Positions 1-12,408 are shown, counted from the whole stretch's first letter. The stretch: DNA of 63,277 bases, filler included, from Albugo candida (GCA_040437565.1; 25 parts of 25 records of this genome joined end to end with filler, not necessarily neighbours in it); one strand, 5' to 3'. The notes: generated by a model from the letters alone, not told the origin. Translations and numbers: made by a program.

Positions 1-303
1 AATTTCTGCTGCCATTTTTCTACTCATAATGGTATGTGTAACACTACTATTTTTAGTTTTTTTTATAGGATAACAAATAGAATTCATCCTTTGAAAAAGT
101 TTGAAAAAGGAAAATATACTTCATCACATACGTTGAAAGGAAAGTCGCTATTGTATTGGTTATATGATATATTTTTGATACTTAGCTTTTTTTTTTTGTT
201 ATATAGATCGCATCAATTCGAAAACATATAAATAGGAATACACTTCAAAACTTATTTTACCTCATTATATTTTCTTAACATCAACTTATAATATCCCTCT
301 ACT

Positions 304-1675
304 ATGTCTTTCAATTCTGATAACTCTTCCATTCTCGATCATGAATCCTCCTCAATTTCTTCTGGTCAACAAGATTTGGTGCGCAAAGACGTTGTTACTA
401 CTGCAGAATTGGAGGCTTTTTTGGCTGCACCACTCGTCGATTATGGTTCTCAACAACAAGAAGCACGCTTGGAGACCATTATCAAAAACCAAGAAATAAT
501 GTTGGCTACTTTACAAAATCTCACCTCCTCTTTGCCTTCTATGGTTGAAAATGCTTTGGATAAATACTACGAGAAGATCCATTCTTCTCCTGCTGTTGTT
601 TCGCATATGATGAGTAATGTGTCTATCAATAATTATGTATTTTTTTATATGATTGATATACTAACAGAGCTTTTATATTTAGAAATACAAAAGGATTATA
701 AAGGCTTGAAAACAACCGCGGATTTTTTAGTTTCACTTTTCAGAGATCCTAACGTTCTTCTTAAATTGATTAATGATCAAAATAGAGCAGGTGAACGCTT
801 ATGGAAAAATGGAAAGTTTTTGACCCAAAGGTACCGCTATATGGCCGTTAAATACAAGCATAATTTGCATACTTTAGATCCAGAAACAACTTTTGACGAT
901 AAAAAGTTTACGGTTGAAATGCTGGATAAATATGATCAGGCTTTGGAAAATACGTACAGCTTATGTATGTATTTCACTAAAGTGCAAGTACTTCCAGGAA
1001 AAAGACATGCTATGACGACATGGACCAAACTCTTTGACGGTGATATGAAAAAGGTGTATTGCTTAATGCTTGAACATTTTGTGGCCAGAATTGGGGAAAC
1101 AAACAACATTGAAGTACTTCCTTTGTTTACATGTGTGGATTCTTGGGCAGCTTCGAGTTTGCTTGCTGATACTATTAGTAGTATTATAAAATCTGATAAT
1201 AATGTGAGTATTATATTTAGAAAGTACAAGAATTATATAAGAGCAATGACTAATACTTTATTTATTGTATTTTATAGAAGGCTGCACGCAAAAATAAGAA
1301 GAACGTTAACGAAGACAATAGAATGGAGAACAGTGAAGAGTATGCTAATTTGTTACAACAGTGTGAAGACTTAACAAGAAATCGTGCTATCAACAATATT
1401 GATATCAGTGGTGTTGACCCGGCCGTTCTTAACCCACCAAGTCAAACAGCTCTTCGTAACAAAGCAACATCATCTTCAGACATGTATCATAGCTCGAATG
1501 ACGAAGAAGAGGATGAGGAGGAAGAAGAAGAAGTGGTGCAGCCAAAACCCACTAATAAGACACAGAAAAAAGCTAGGTAAAGCAATATAGTAATGGAATA
1601 TAAAATATAGATATTAAATTATTGGTCTTTTAATTTTTTAGTACTACCAAGAAAAGAAAGTCCGGCCATCAATAA
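304..1675 (+). CDS. Spliced hypothetical protein, probably transposon-associated (W..Y..LE..C..WAA motif, acidic/basic C-terminus)
   Basis: Introns 614-682 (69 nt, in frame, CTAAC branch), 1204-1277 and 1577-1641 join ORFs 304..1374 and 1323..1580 into one frame ending ...KKRKSGHQ* at 1675. Confidence 0.7.
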
Positions 1676-2552
1676 GCTATAAATTCACTTTTTTTTCTCG
1701 CCAATTTCTTTTGATCCTTCCTTTCTTCACTTCTTTCTTTTTTTACTTTTGGCTTTTCCTTTTTTTTTATCTTAATTTTTTTTTTCCTTTTCTTTTTTTT
1801 TTTTGAAAACAATAAATACTATCTCAAACAATACTAAAAGGGTTAACACAAAAGGCTTTAAAAGTTTCATAATATATTAGGGCTATTGTAGTGAGCTAAC
1901 TTAACTAACTCTATATTTTATAATTGCAGTGCACTTCTTATTACACAAAGAACTATGGTATGTCATTTTTAATAAAGTATTAGCTTTGGTATTAATAATT
2001 ACATTATATTAGGTCTTTTTTTTTTGAACTAAAGAAGCCATCATAATCAGTTTGCTTTTGGTAAGTGTCTATAATACAATTGTACTTGCAAATAATATTA
2101 ATTGTTTTCTTTTCTATTTAGATCATACTATTACAATTAGAAGTTGTTCATGTAAAACTGCTGTAACTGTGTATCTATCTGTAAACATTTTGATGGCGCT
2201 ACCTTTTTAAAAAAATTCCTTTAATATAAATTATATATTGTAATACCTCATTCATTTTTCTATTTTACCGTAATTCAATAAAATTTTGTTTCATAACGTA
2301 ATAATATATCGACTTTATTCTAAAATGAAAGCCTTTGCTTAAAATTTTTCACACTAAATACTACCTTTGGGTATAATAATAAAAGGAAGTTAATTTCAAC
2401 ATTCGAACCATGCATTAGGTTAGAATCCGTAAAATAATTTGTCAAACCGGGTTCACGGTTATATTCGACAAAAAATGTTTTAGAAACCTGGAAAACGGTG
2501 AAATAAGAGAATTAAGAATTTAGACTGGGAAGCAGGTTTTTTTTTTTTTTTT

Positions 2553-2652
2553 NNNNNNNNNNNNNNNNNNNNNNNNNNNNNNNNNNNNNNNNNNNNTTAA
2601 TTAATTAANNNNNNNNNNNNNNNNNNNNNNNNNNNNNNNNNNNNNNNNNNNN
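2553..2652. other. Artificial contig-joining spacer (first of 24)
   Basis: N44-TTAATTAATTAA-N44, 100 nt. Identical spacers start at 2553, 5196, 7836, 10472, 13088, 15703, 18316, 20924, 23495, 26031, 28559, 31074, 33588, 36101, 38601, 41100, 43592, 46075, 48554, 51021, 53486, 55936, 58386 and 60835. Contig lengths between them fall or stay equal along the window. Confidence 0.99.
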
Positions 2653-2706
2653 AGACATAGACTTTATTTTACAGTCACAAGTTATTTTTTAATTTATTTT
2701 GCAGTC

Positions 2707-2900
2707 ACATATTTTTAATAGTTGAGTGATGATCATATTTCTAGCAGTTGAGTGAAGGGGGGGTTTGGGGGGCTCGCCCCCCCATAGAATTTCTAACAGT
2801 TGAGTGAAGAACATATTTCTAGCAGTTGAGTGAAGGGGGGTTTGGGGGGCTCGCCCCCCATAGAATTTCCAACAGTTGCGTGATGACCATATTTCTAGCA
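2707..2900. repeat. Tandem ~77-bp repeat with G/C hairpin, upstream of the Helitron ORF
   Basis: Two copies of catatttctagcagttgagtgaagggggg-ttt-ggggggctcgcccccc-atagaattt.., plus partial copies. TGGGGGGC-TC-GCCCCCCA is a hairpin. Confidence 0.9.
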
Positions 2901-3061
2901 AAAAAATACATTTCAAATTTTATTTGTACAGGACGCGACTGCTTGCTAAATCCTAGCAAGTAGTCACCCATTATGTGAGGAAATTAAAGGGTCTGCGAGC
3001 GGAATATTACCCTTGATAAAGAATAAAGAACATTTTTTTCTCTTTTCTTTACATCTACTAA

Positions 3062-3830
3062 ATGAAAACAGTTAAATATTTCAAGTCTTTTCCCGAAATG
3101 AACTACATTAGTGAATCAGAAACACGAAACTCAATTGGGATCTTTGAATGCATTATCGTTTATGTCAAAACATTTTTTTGACAAGGTATTTAATTTACGT
3201 TAACACGCAACAACAGGATTATATTAATAACAAGCCACTTTTTTGAAGTCTTATTGTCTTGCCACTTGCCAATGAAGATCAATTGTACCTTGCATCACGG
3301 GACTCAATCTTCTTACACATCAGAGGAGGAAAGGTAATTTGAAAAAGAAAAACTCATACAAAATGCAACTATAACTAAATGGTTATTAATAGGCGCATTC
3401 TGTACGTTGCAAAGCTTGGGACTGGAAAGAACTTTTGCCATGACATAGGTACAGCTTAGCCATACTCAAGCTATTTTTTTTATCTAACTGAATGAACTCA
3501 TTACCATCTTTAGCGCCTAAACCATTCACCAACAACACGACTGGTGTACCCATGACCCATGTTTCCACCCGCAACGAGAGTAAACAAGCAGAGTTTGTTG
3601 CCTTTGAAACTGCCCAAGCAATCGACTATGCAAAAGGATTGGAGTACACGGATGTCGCCACAAAGTAAAATCTTTCAAAGATCACACTTTGAAGTGGAAA
3701 AACTTGGAAGAACTGGTGTCTATTGCTCGAACTCGACATCAGTTTATAGTAAATGTTGACATGTAAAAGTATTTTAAAAAATAGTGCTAATAAATTAAAC
3801 CATTACCTAGAAGTTTTTAAATTGGTACAA
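3062..3830 (+). pseudogene. Broken intron-containing gene of unknown product upstream of the Helitron RepHel ORF
   Basis: ATG at 3062 after a pyrimidine-rich leader; intron-like GT..AG segment 3334-3392 and further candidates. The frame closes right after a T7 run (3173-3179) and again later. Confidence 0.3.
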
Positions 3831-4104
3831 TGGATTAAAACAATATTGGATTAGAATATTAAAATAAAGATTCGTTTTAAACTTGAACTATTTACTATTT
3901 ACTTGGAGAGGTGTTTATTCGTGTTTATTAATAGCTGATCATTGCTCGATCGAAGTGTTTACTAATTGTCTGTGCAATAACAGTTGTCACACTTACATTT
4001 CACTTCGCGATAAATATTAAAATAAAAAACGTCTTTGACTTTCTATTTCTTTCTTTTTCCTTTTGATCTTTCACTTAATCGCTTTTTTGAATTAACATCT
4101 AAAA

Positions 4105-5195
4105 ATGCCTCGACTTATTTCAGATCGCAGTAATTCAATTACTAACGGTCCTTATGAAAATTTGTCATCTAACAATATCGAAAGCACTGGAGCAGGTACC
4201 ATTTTTTTGCTTTCTCTTTTCAATCAAATAACTGGTGGAGTTTTAACCCGCTTTTTTATGGTAGATAATACAACGAGACAATGTCCTTGGTGTGGAAAAT
4301 CTGGCCATGTAAGAAGGTCTCATCGTGATTGTGATATGAGAATAGTAAGAGGATCAACCTCAGCTAATCAAGATCAACATATTGTGAGAGAAGCACCTGC
4401 TATTGCTATTCCTCAACAACAACAACAACAAAATCAACAAGTAGTAGTTTGCCCTTTTTGCCAAAGAGTTGGACATCAAAGAAGAAGCCACTTTAATTGT
4501 GGCGCTAATTTGACAGTTTCTTCCGTTGTGAATAATAATAACACAACAACAACAATGAAAAACATTGCACGTCGCCCTAATGAAAATGAAACATTGAGAA
4601 ACGATATAGGCTTGATGAACGTTAAATGTTCATCATGTAATGCCTTGATGTGGATTGACGAAAGAAAATCCACCAGCTCTATAAGAAATCCTTTGTTTCA
4701 AATATGTTGTTCAGATGGAAAAGCCATTCTTATGCCTATAGCACCTATCCCAGATGTTATTGCTAATCTCTTGAGAAATAACGATGAAAGCAGTAAAGAG
4801 TTTAAGAGCAATATAAGAACTTATAATTCAGCATTAAGTTTTACATCTATGAATGCTGATCTTGATCATAGTGTAGCTAACTCACGACGTGGAGCATATG
4901 CTTTCCGCATTCACGGTAGTGTTCATCACCTTATTAGTACGAATTTATTACCAGTTGAAGGACAGTCATCCACTACTCCAGTTCAACCAAAATTTGCCCA
5001 GATCTATATTTTTGATTCTGATAATGAATTAAGAAATAGAATGAATGTTGCTGGAAACTCTGAAGTAAACGAATTTACGATGTTGATACTTCAGAATATG
5101 ATGCATAGAGTAAACCCCTTTGTTCGTCAATTCAAGACCATGAAAGAAATTGCTGATCAACAACCAGGCGGTATTGCTGATATAAGAATGATATT
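4105..5195 (+). mobile_element. Helitron RepHel protein, N-terminal part (truncated by contig end)
   Basis: Motifs IGLMNVKCSSCNALMWIDER, FQICCSDGK, NIRTYNSALSFTS, AFRIHGSVHH and PKFAQIYIFD are typical of the region preceding the Helitron Rep domain. Two CxxCxxxGHxRRSHxxC knuckles. Probable in-frame intron 4196-4264. Confidence 0.92.
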
Positions 5196-5491
5196 NNNNN
5201 NNNNNNNNNNNNNNNNNNNNNNNNNNNNNNNNNNNNNNNTTAATTAATTAANNNNNNNNNNNNNNNNNNNNNNNNNNNNNNNNNNNNNNNNNNNNTTAAT
5301 AATGCTGGTAGTACAATGTTTACAGCTCCTCCTAAAAGTATAATTTGGTATAAAAAGGAGGACAAATATTTTACCATGATTGCTCTCCATCTTAAAAATA
5401 AAGGATTAATAGAGACTCACTTTATTACTTTTGTTTTTGGACTATTATATTTTTTATATCAATTATTACATTTTTTTAAGTGAATTCTACT

Positions 5492-7835
5492 ATGACTTCT
5501 ACTGAAATTAATAAAATTCCTAGTACCAGCGACTCTGATGCTATTACGCAGAAGTTAGCAGCTACGAATTTGAACCAAAATGTTGGTCAAAATGGTAGTG
5601 GTATGCCCCCTTCCTCTGGAAGTGATGACCCCATGCAGGTGGATAATCCTGTTGTCTTTGGATTAACTCAAAGAATCGCGGCCGTTGAAACTCGTATTGC
5701 AAAATATGATCTTCGTACTGCAACGATTGCTGAGAGGGTAGACATTCTTTTTGACTCTGACCATCTCCCCCAGGAGAAACGCGAAGAAATGAAAGTTAGT
5801 ATCGCCAGTGATAATAATTTTCTTCGTACAATGAAGGATGAAGCCAACACGGAACTTAGTCAGTTAAGGGAAATGTTGCAAAAGGCTCTTTTGGCTGAAC
5901 TCGAAATGAGTAAAGCTAAAACAGCTGGTAACCCGGTTATTACCGAGAAAGGAAGTGCTCCTCGTGAAAAGAACCACTCAAACATTGCTGCTGAGAAATT
6001 ACCAAACTTCATTATGAAGTCGGTACCTATTGGTGGTAGCATTGAGAATAATGAATTCACGATTCGCGCGTTCTGTCGTAAATTTGAAAATGTCTACATG
6101 AGTAATGATGTTAACATAGAAAAACATTGGTATCATCATCTCAAGGCTAAAGTGTGTACCACCGACATTCTTGAAAGTTGGTTTAAGCGCTGTATTAGTT
6201 CTGAAGTAGATAAAAACCCTTCCCTTGGCTGGAAGAGAGCTAAAGAAATTTTGTTTGCCCGTTTTGATCTTAACAATAATTTAAGTATCATTATGAGAAA
6301 TGTTGCCCTGGTTAGCATTAAGCCCAGTGATGAAGAGAATTTGCACGAGTGGATTGATAGATTCACATTAAATGCTAAAGAGGCCGCCCAAGTTGATATG
6401 AACAACAATTTCCTTTTGGGGTGTATCTTTTTAAATTCTCTGGGTGCCGACAAGAAGTTTCAAGAACAGCTTCGTGGTATTCTCGTGGATTATATGAAGA
6501 AATCTATTAATGGTATTTCTTCTGCTACTGATCCTACTCCTATTAAGGATGAAGAATTTGTCAAGTTTTACTCAAACTTCGACAATGTTGCTGATGCAAT
6601 CAGAGGTTGTTATCAGGTGGTTAAGGAACAATGGTCTATCCTTCGGTCTTCTAAAAGTGAAAAAACTAAGGCTGAAAGTACTGGTTCCTCTGCTGGAAAA
6701 CATGATTCTAGCAAGAAAAGAAAGTCTGACTCCCCCCACGGTACAAAAAATGCAAAAAATGGCTTTGCTAATGTAGATGTCAACTTTGAAAAAATATTTG
6801 ATCCTAAGCATAAGCTTAGTGAAGATGAAAAAACCCTGCTGTCGAAGTTGGACAAGTGTTGGTCTTGTCGTACGGCTGAAAACACTGTTGAACACCGCTC
6901 TGTCTGTCCTGTTAAGCAGGAGTATATGAAACAGAGAAAAACTTTTAGCTCTAATAAGGTAAAATTTATTTCTCATGTTACTTTGAAAGAGGTTGAATTG
7001 CCTGTCTCAGATACTGACGTTTCTTCTGATGATAGAAACAATAAAGTAGACAGTGATGAGTACGTGGATGAATTTGAAGTTGCTCTGAACATGGATCATG
7101 ATAATTGGATTATGAAACAAAATGATGAAGAGGAAACTGAAAATATAAATAAAAATAAAAATATTCGTTGCGTTACCCTTTATTCTACTGGTAAAAATTT
7201 TAGTGTTTTGAAAAATAATGTTGTTGGTGAGATTGATAATCCCTTTAAAACTGATAAAGCTGATTTCTCTCCTGTCACCCCACTAATTGTTAATGACCAT
7301 AAAAGTTATGGTACCGTTGATTCTGGAGCTGAAGTCTCTATTATTACAAAGCAATTTGCGGAGGAACATAATATTAAATTTGATAAAGCTGAAGGATATC
7401 TTGTAATTGCAGACGGATCACATATTGATCGTTTACAAACATTAGAACCTTTACGTATTGATTACGATGGTGTTGAAAAAACTGTGCTTCACAAATTCGA
7501 TATTATTGACAACGACAAGGTTATTACTACTAGTAAAATTCTTATTGGTGTTGATCTCATGAAAAAATTGAACATTAAAATGACTGGTGTTGCTTATAAG
7601 TTTAAAGATACAACTAAATCTATTGATGATTCGGTTGAAGATGTTGCTTATGAACCCAACGTATCACCTTATGGTAGTGAAAGAAAACAAAAGGCATTTG
7701 AAATAGCTCTTAAACCTTATGTTGAAGCTAACATGAAACTTGACAAAAAATCTTTTTGTAATATTGCTAAAAGTGTTCTGTATTTGCCTACCCCTCCTGA
7801 TTATTGTGTGAACATTCGTCAATATCCTATTGCTT
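5492..7835 (+). mobile_element. Ty3/Gypsy LTR retrotransposon gag-protease polyprotein, truncated at start of RT
   Basis: Single long frame with gag-like region, CWSC..H..C knuckle, aspartic protease GTVDSGAEVS, and VNIRQYPIA at the RT start. Confidence 0.88.
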
Positions 7836-7935
7836 NNNNNNNNNNNNNNNNNNNNNNNNNNNNNNNNNNNNNNNNNNNNTTAATTAATTAANNNNNNNNN
7901 NNNNNNNNNNNNNNNNNNNNNNNNNNNNNNNNNNN

Positions 7936-8694
7936 TTTTCACATTCTTCTTTAGCACCAAAGGTAGACTCAAGATCCTCAGTATTGGAACAAAAAACAAG
8001 AAAGGCATTAGCACGGTTGGCTCTTTTCTATAAGATGCAAAAGTTAATTAGAATTATTAAAATAGTTGTGCAGAATAAATATTATTACTTACAGTAACAA
8101 TGCGTTGGTAGAGCATTCCTTTTACGCGCAATGCCTCTTGCTCTTCTTCAGTTTTTTTGGAAAGCAAGTATGCCTTTTTCTTACCGTCAAAGTGAGATCT
8201 AATTCTTCTATCAAGTTCACTTTCAAGAACTTTGGTCTTGAAAATATTCTTGGGTGCTCCATCTACAGTTACATTGATCATGTAATGCTCTATAATATAT
8301 GGATAGAGTTTAATACACTTCATCATGTAATTAAACACCTCAAGGTTAGGGCTCTTTTTCAAAGAGGTGTCAAAATCATACTCTAGGATTGAGGTTTCAT
8401 ATATGTCCCTAAAGTAACCCTATTTAAAAAATTGTAAAGGTTAATATTATAATAACAATATTTTAATATAAAAACGATACTAACTGACACAGTCAAGTTA
8501 CGACTAATTTTGATACGGGGAGCTTTTCCAGTTGAGGCATTTCCCATAATCATAGCCTTCACTTGTTGGAATTCCTCTTTAAGGCCTTCATGGTCCTCCT
8601 TAAGAGCGTTGTACTCGGAAATGCTGACGGTAGTATTAGCACTACGGAAGCTGGGAGAAGGGAGGACTTGAGGAATTGATCTATTGGCAGGCAT
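7936..8694 (-). CDS. Spliced hypothetical protein (3' truncated), likely accessory ORF of a CACTA/CMC element
   Basis: Introns 8484-8420 and 8092-8028 (65 nt each, GT-AG, phase 0) join ORFs 8383..8694 and 8057..8362 and continue KRANRANAF. Short coiled coil followed by a basic helix. Confidence 0.7.
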
Positions 8695-9379
8695 TTTTTA
8701 ACTTGAAATATTTATATATAATAAAGTGTTGTTAATATAACAAAGAGAGGGGCCCTGAAAAAAACATGATTATGATCTTATTTATACTATTGTTCTCCAA
8801 TAGAAGATCTTATCGTACGTTTAATTAAAGTCAGCACCCGAATTTTAATACATAACCAAACAAAAAATTTTCATTATTTCTTTTTCCTCTTTCTTTCCTT
8901 TTATTTTATTTTATTTTGGCAAGTTTCTTTTTTTATCTTTCTTATAAATACTATTTAACTTCTTATTACGTTTATATATAAAGTAGATTACTGTTGTCTT
9001 TACTTGCTCGAATGTTGCTAACTAATGACTAATAAATCAACATGCATCGTAAACTAGGTAAGTCATTTTAAAGAAATGAGCAACAGTATTTAATTTTCTT
9101 TTTACTCTTCAAGTACACTCAAGACATGTTTAAACGTTCGTTTGTATACTTTATCAATATGCGTTTGGTGATGATCATGAAGGTGTTGACTAGTTGCATT
9201 TTTTTTAATCGTACCGTTGTCTCCCTTTTTTTAGTATGCTTCTAGCAGCTTCTTTATCAAATGAAGGTTATTTGTTCTACAACTGCCTCAAACAAAAGGT
9301 ATTTATGATAAACAATCTTTTTTTTCATAATACTAATATAGTACTGTAGAATAGCTCTATTTGACATTTGTATCTATTT

Positions 9380-9640
9380 GTTCGAGGTAACCAACAAGTG
9401 CTATAATCCTTAGTATACAGGTTATTAACACCCATTCTTTATTAGATACAAATACAAAGCTAGTTCGAGGTAAACTACAAGTGCTATAATCCTTAGTATA
9501 CAACTTATTAACATTCACTCTTTATTAGATACAAATACAAAGCTAGTAGTCCAAGGTTCGAGGTAAACTACAAGTGCTACTATCCTTCATATACAGGTTT
9601 TTAACATCCACTCTTTATTAGATGCAAATACAAAACAAGT
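9380..9640 (+). repeat. Three tandem ~83-93 bp units, each a 59-nt intron-like segment plus a micro-exon
   Basis: GTTCGAG|GTAA..TTAAC..TTTATTAG|AT(A/G)CAAATACAAA three times; intron-like parts 9387-9445, 9470-9528, 9563-9621. Confidence 0.88.
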
Positions 9641-10155
9641 AAATACAAGTCCTTCAGTAATCAAATTCTCTTTCAAAAGAACGGTCGGTTTTACTAGATG
9701 AACGGATGTCTATATATTACAAGTCTTTTATGAATGCTCAATCTATAGTGGTACAAGTGAAATTGAAATGGGTCCGTGCGCATTCTCTATTGTTTACTTT
9801 TATATCGGTGCTATTAATGGATGTTTATTATCTGAATGGATGGATTAGATTACAAGGTAAGGATTCAATTATATGGCAAGGGTAAATATATAGTATATAG
9901 TATATATGATATGGGTATAGTAGTAAAATATAGTAAATATAGTATTTTTTAAACCAATAAAAAAAATTTTAAAAATCAAAAATCTCGTATATGTGAATAA
10001 TATAAGCCAATGAAGTGATATATAATTGCAAATGCAAAGCCAATAAACAAAAGCTATTCTAAGTGTATGTGAAGAAAAAGCTGTAAATAATCCAATAGCT
10101 AACAGTTATATGTACAGAAAAGAAGGAATTATCATTATAAATTGAATACGTCAAT

Positions 10156-10360
10156 GAGTTTCTTTTCCGCATCATTTGTCGAATAAGGAAAAGAAAATGT
10201 TTGACGTATTTCTTTTCCGCTCCTTCTTGACGGTCTTTTCTGTATTTCTTTTCCGTAGGTTCCTGGAACGTCTTTTTTTCCGTCTTGCGGAAAAGAGTTC
10301 ATCAAAGATTTCATTTTCCGTTTCTTTTCCGTATCTTTTCTAAACTTAAAATCTCCAGTG
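10156..10360. mobile_element. Terminus of a CACTA/CMC-EnSpm (CACTG-type) DNA transposon with subterminal repeats
   Basis: Many TTTCTTTTCCG-like motifs, some inverted (GGAAAAGAAA, CGGAAAAGA), ending in ...ATCTCCAGTG at 10360 (reverse complement starts CACTG). Confidence 0.65.
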
Positions 10361-10619
10361 AAACCCAGAAGGTCACATGATATCCCAAAGGTTCAAGAAG
10401 GTTCTAGAAAATAGGTCTCTCTAGAAGGTTCATGAAACAAGACGTCATGATTATTAATATCGATTAATAATNNNNNNNNNNNNNNNNNNNNNNNNNNNNN
10501 NNNNNNNNNNNNNNNTTAATTAATTAANNNNNNNNNNNNNNNNNNNNNNNNNNNNNNNNNNNNNNNNNNNNTTATTTATTAAATTGTATTATATTAAATC
10601 TAACTTTTTTTTTAAACAA

Positions 10620-11714
10620 TTACATAATAAATGACCTATCAGTAGCACTTTGGTAATCACTGCTAGTATGATCCAACACAGAAGACGAACCAACAAGAGA
10701 ATCATCTTCGTCATTTTCATTGCCATCAGATTCATCACCATTATCTTCTTCTTCAGTTGAATCGACATCTCTCAGTAATGCATGATTGATAAATTCAGGT
10801 TGAGTAGGAGTATCTTCAGCAGAGCTATCAGTAAGAGGGAGAAGAGAATTCACAAAACGAGATACCTCAGGTTCGAAATTACGAGGATCTAAATCCAAGG
10901 AAACAGCAGTAGGTGCGTTAATAGCAGGAGCAGTAGATACACTAGTAGCAGGAACAGAGGTAACACATTCTGGGGAATGAGTAGTAGGAACAGAAGCAGT
11001 TGTAGGAGGAGCCCTTGTGGCCCTCGTAAGTTGACTTGCCAAAATTTGCTCAACCGAAAGAATATCCCTGTTCTTGACAAATATTTGACGTATGTTGTTC
11101 CAATAGTTTTGCAACACAGTAACAGAAGCCCAATTGTTCATTGCTCTTGAGAAATGACGCCCATTACGATCCACCCTATCCAGAAAATCATTTACCAAAT
11201 ATTGCTCCATACCTTGCTGCTTGTAAGTCACCCATTTAACAGGAACTGTTAAACCACCTACCAAATGTCTTCTCATTGCTTCCACTACCACAACCTTTGC
11301 ATGTCCCAAAATCCTTTGGTATTTTCTATCCTTATCCTTTTCAATATTGACAAGAGGTACTTCAGGATCATAAAACCTTATGGAATATTCAAGCAAATTC
11401 TTGACGTCAGTTTTAGTTGCCTTGATATAACCACCAGTCAAATGATTCTTGTAAAAGACTTCTGTAGCAGTTTCTCCTCGCTTATCCAAGTCAAAGAAAG
11501 CTCTGATGTAACGAACACTTACAATATCAGGGAAAGTAGTTACCAATCTTTCAGTATTAGGGAGACTTCTAGGAACCTGAGCATCTTCTTGTTCAATAGC
11601 AGCATTCACGTGTTGGTAAGCTCTTGAGATATAAGGAAGCAAGTATTTCACTATCATGTCAGAACGCCTTGTAAGTTGTTCTTCAGTTAATCTTCTATTG
11701 TTATTAGGAGGCAT
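10620..11714 (-). CDS. Hypothetical protein, 364 aa, with W..Y....R....WAS..LQ..W.N motif, S/T/P linker and acidic tail
   Basis: Intact ATG-to-stop ORF with protein-like composition; architecture resembles the 304..1675 product. Confidence 0.75.
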   Translation of the reverse strand: MPPNNNRRLTEEQLTRRSDMIVKYLLPYISRAYQHVNAAIEQEDAQVPRSLPNTERLVTTFPDIVSVRYIRAFFDLDKRGETATEVFYKNHLTGGYIKATKTDVKNLLEYSIRFYDPEVPLVNIEKDKDRKYQRILGHAKVVVVEAMRRHLVGGLTVPVKWVTYKQQGMEQYLVNDFLDRVDRNGRHFSRAMNNWASVTVLQNYWNNIRQIFVKNRDILSVEQILASQLTRATRAPPTTASVPTTHSPECVTSVPATSVSTAPAINAPTAVSLDLDPRNFEPEVSRFVNSLLPLTDSSAEDTPTQPEFINHALLRDVDSTEEEDNGDESDGNENDEDDSLVGSSSVLDHTSSDYQSATDRSFIM

Positions 11715-11895
11715 TATTGTTTGTTTGTATTAAATCAATTAAGGTGGAAAAAGGATAAAAGAAAAAGAAAAATGTAGTTCGCATCTACTATCTTCCTTTA
11801 TATATTTTCCCTTGTCTTCCCAGCTTGTGTGTCATCTCCGGTTTAAATATAGAAGCATGGTGACTGTATCTTACATTCAATTGTTATCTATACAT

Positions 11896-12087
11896 GACTT
11901 CTTTATTTGACATCTCCATCTAAAATAAATTTATGGACTTCTTTATTCCCGCGTCTTCATCTTAAAATAGATTCCTTGACTTCTTTATTTCACATCTCCA
12001 TCTAAAATAAATTTATGGACTTGTTTATTCCCATGTCTCATCAGCTTATCTTTAATTATGACTTCTTATTTATACATCTTGTCATCA
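11896..12087. repeat. ~41-bp tandem repeats (higher-order ~82 bp) between divergent genes
   Basis: GACTTCTTTATT..CATCT..ATCT.AAAATA recurs about five times. Confidence 0.8.
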
Positions 12088-12408
12088 TAATTAGTAATAA
12101 ATTTTTTTACTTCTAATTTACATGTCACATAAATTTTTTTCATGTGTTACATCTTTGATTGAGTAGCACTTTTATAAAGTGATAAAAGTTATTATAGATA
12201 TAACAATACGTTTATAAAAAAGGAAAGGCAGTGCTACAGTAATACAATTGTAGATCTTTGTAAACAAAAGAGCACAGACAATATGTTATTGTCTTCTTTA
12301 TGTAACATGAGTTTTTTTCATTCTCAGCAAAAAGTATAAATAGAGAACTCGCGCAATACTTAACGCGTTTTTTACTCCTTATAACTATTTTTTAATTATT
12401 ATTTTAAC

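Noticed and set aside
9380-9640. CRISPR array
   Set aside because: Whole units are homologous with no unique spacers, there are no cas genes, and the context is eukaryotic.
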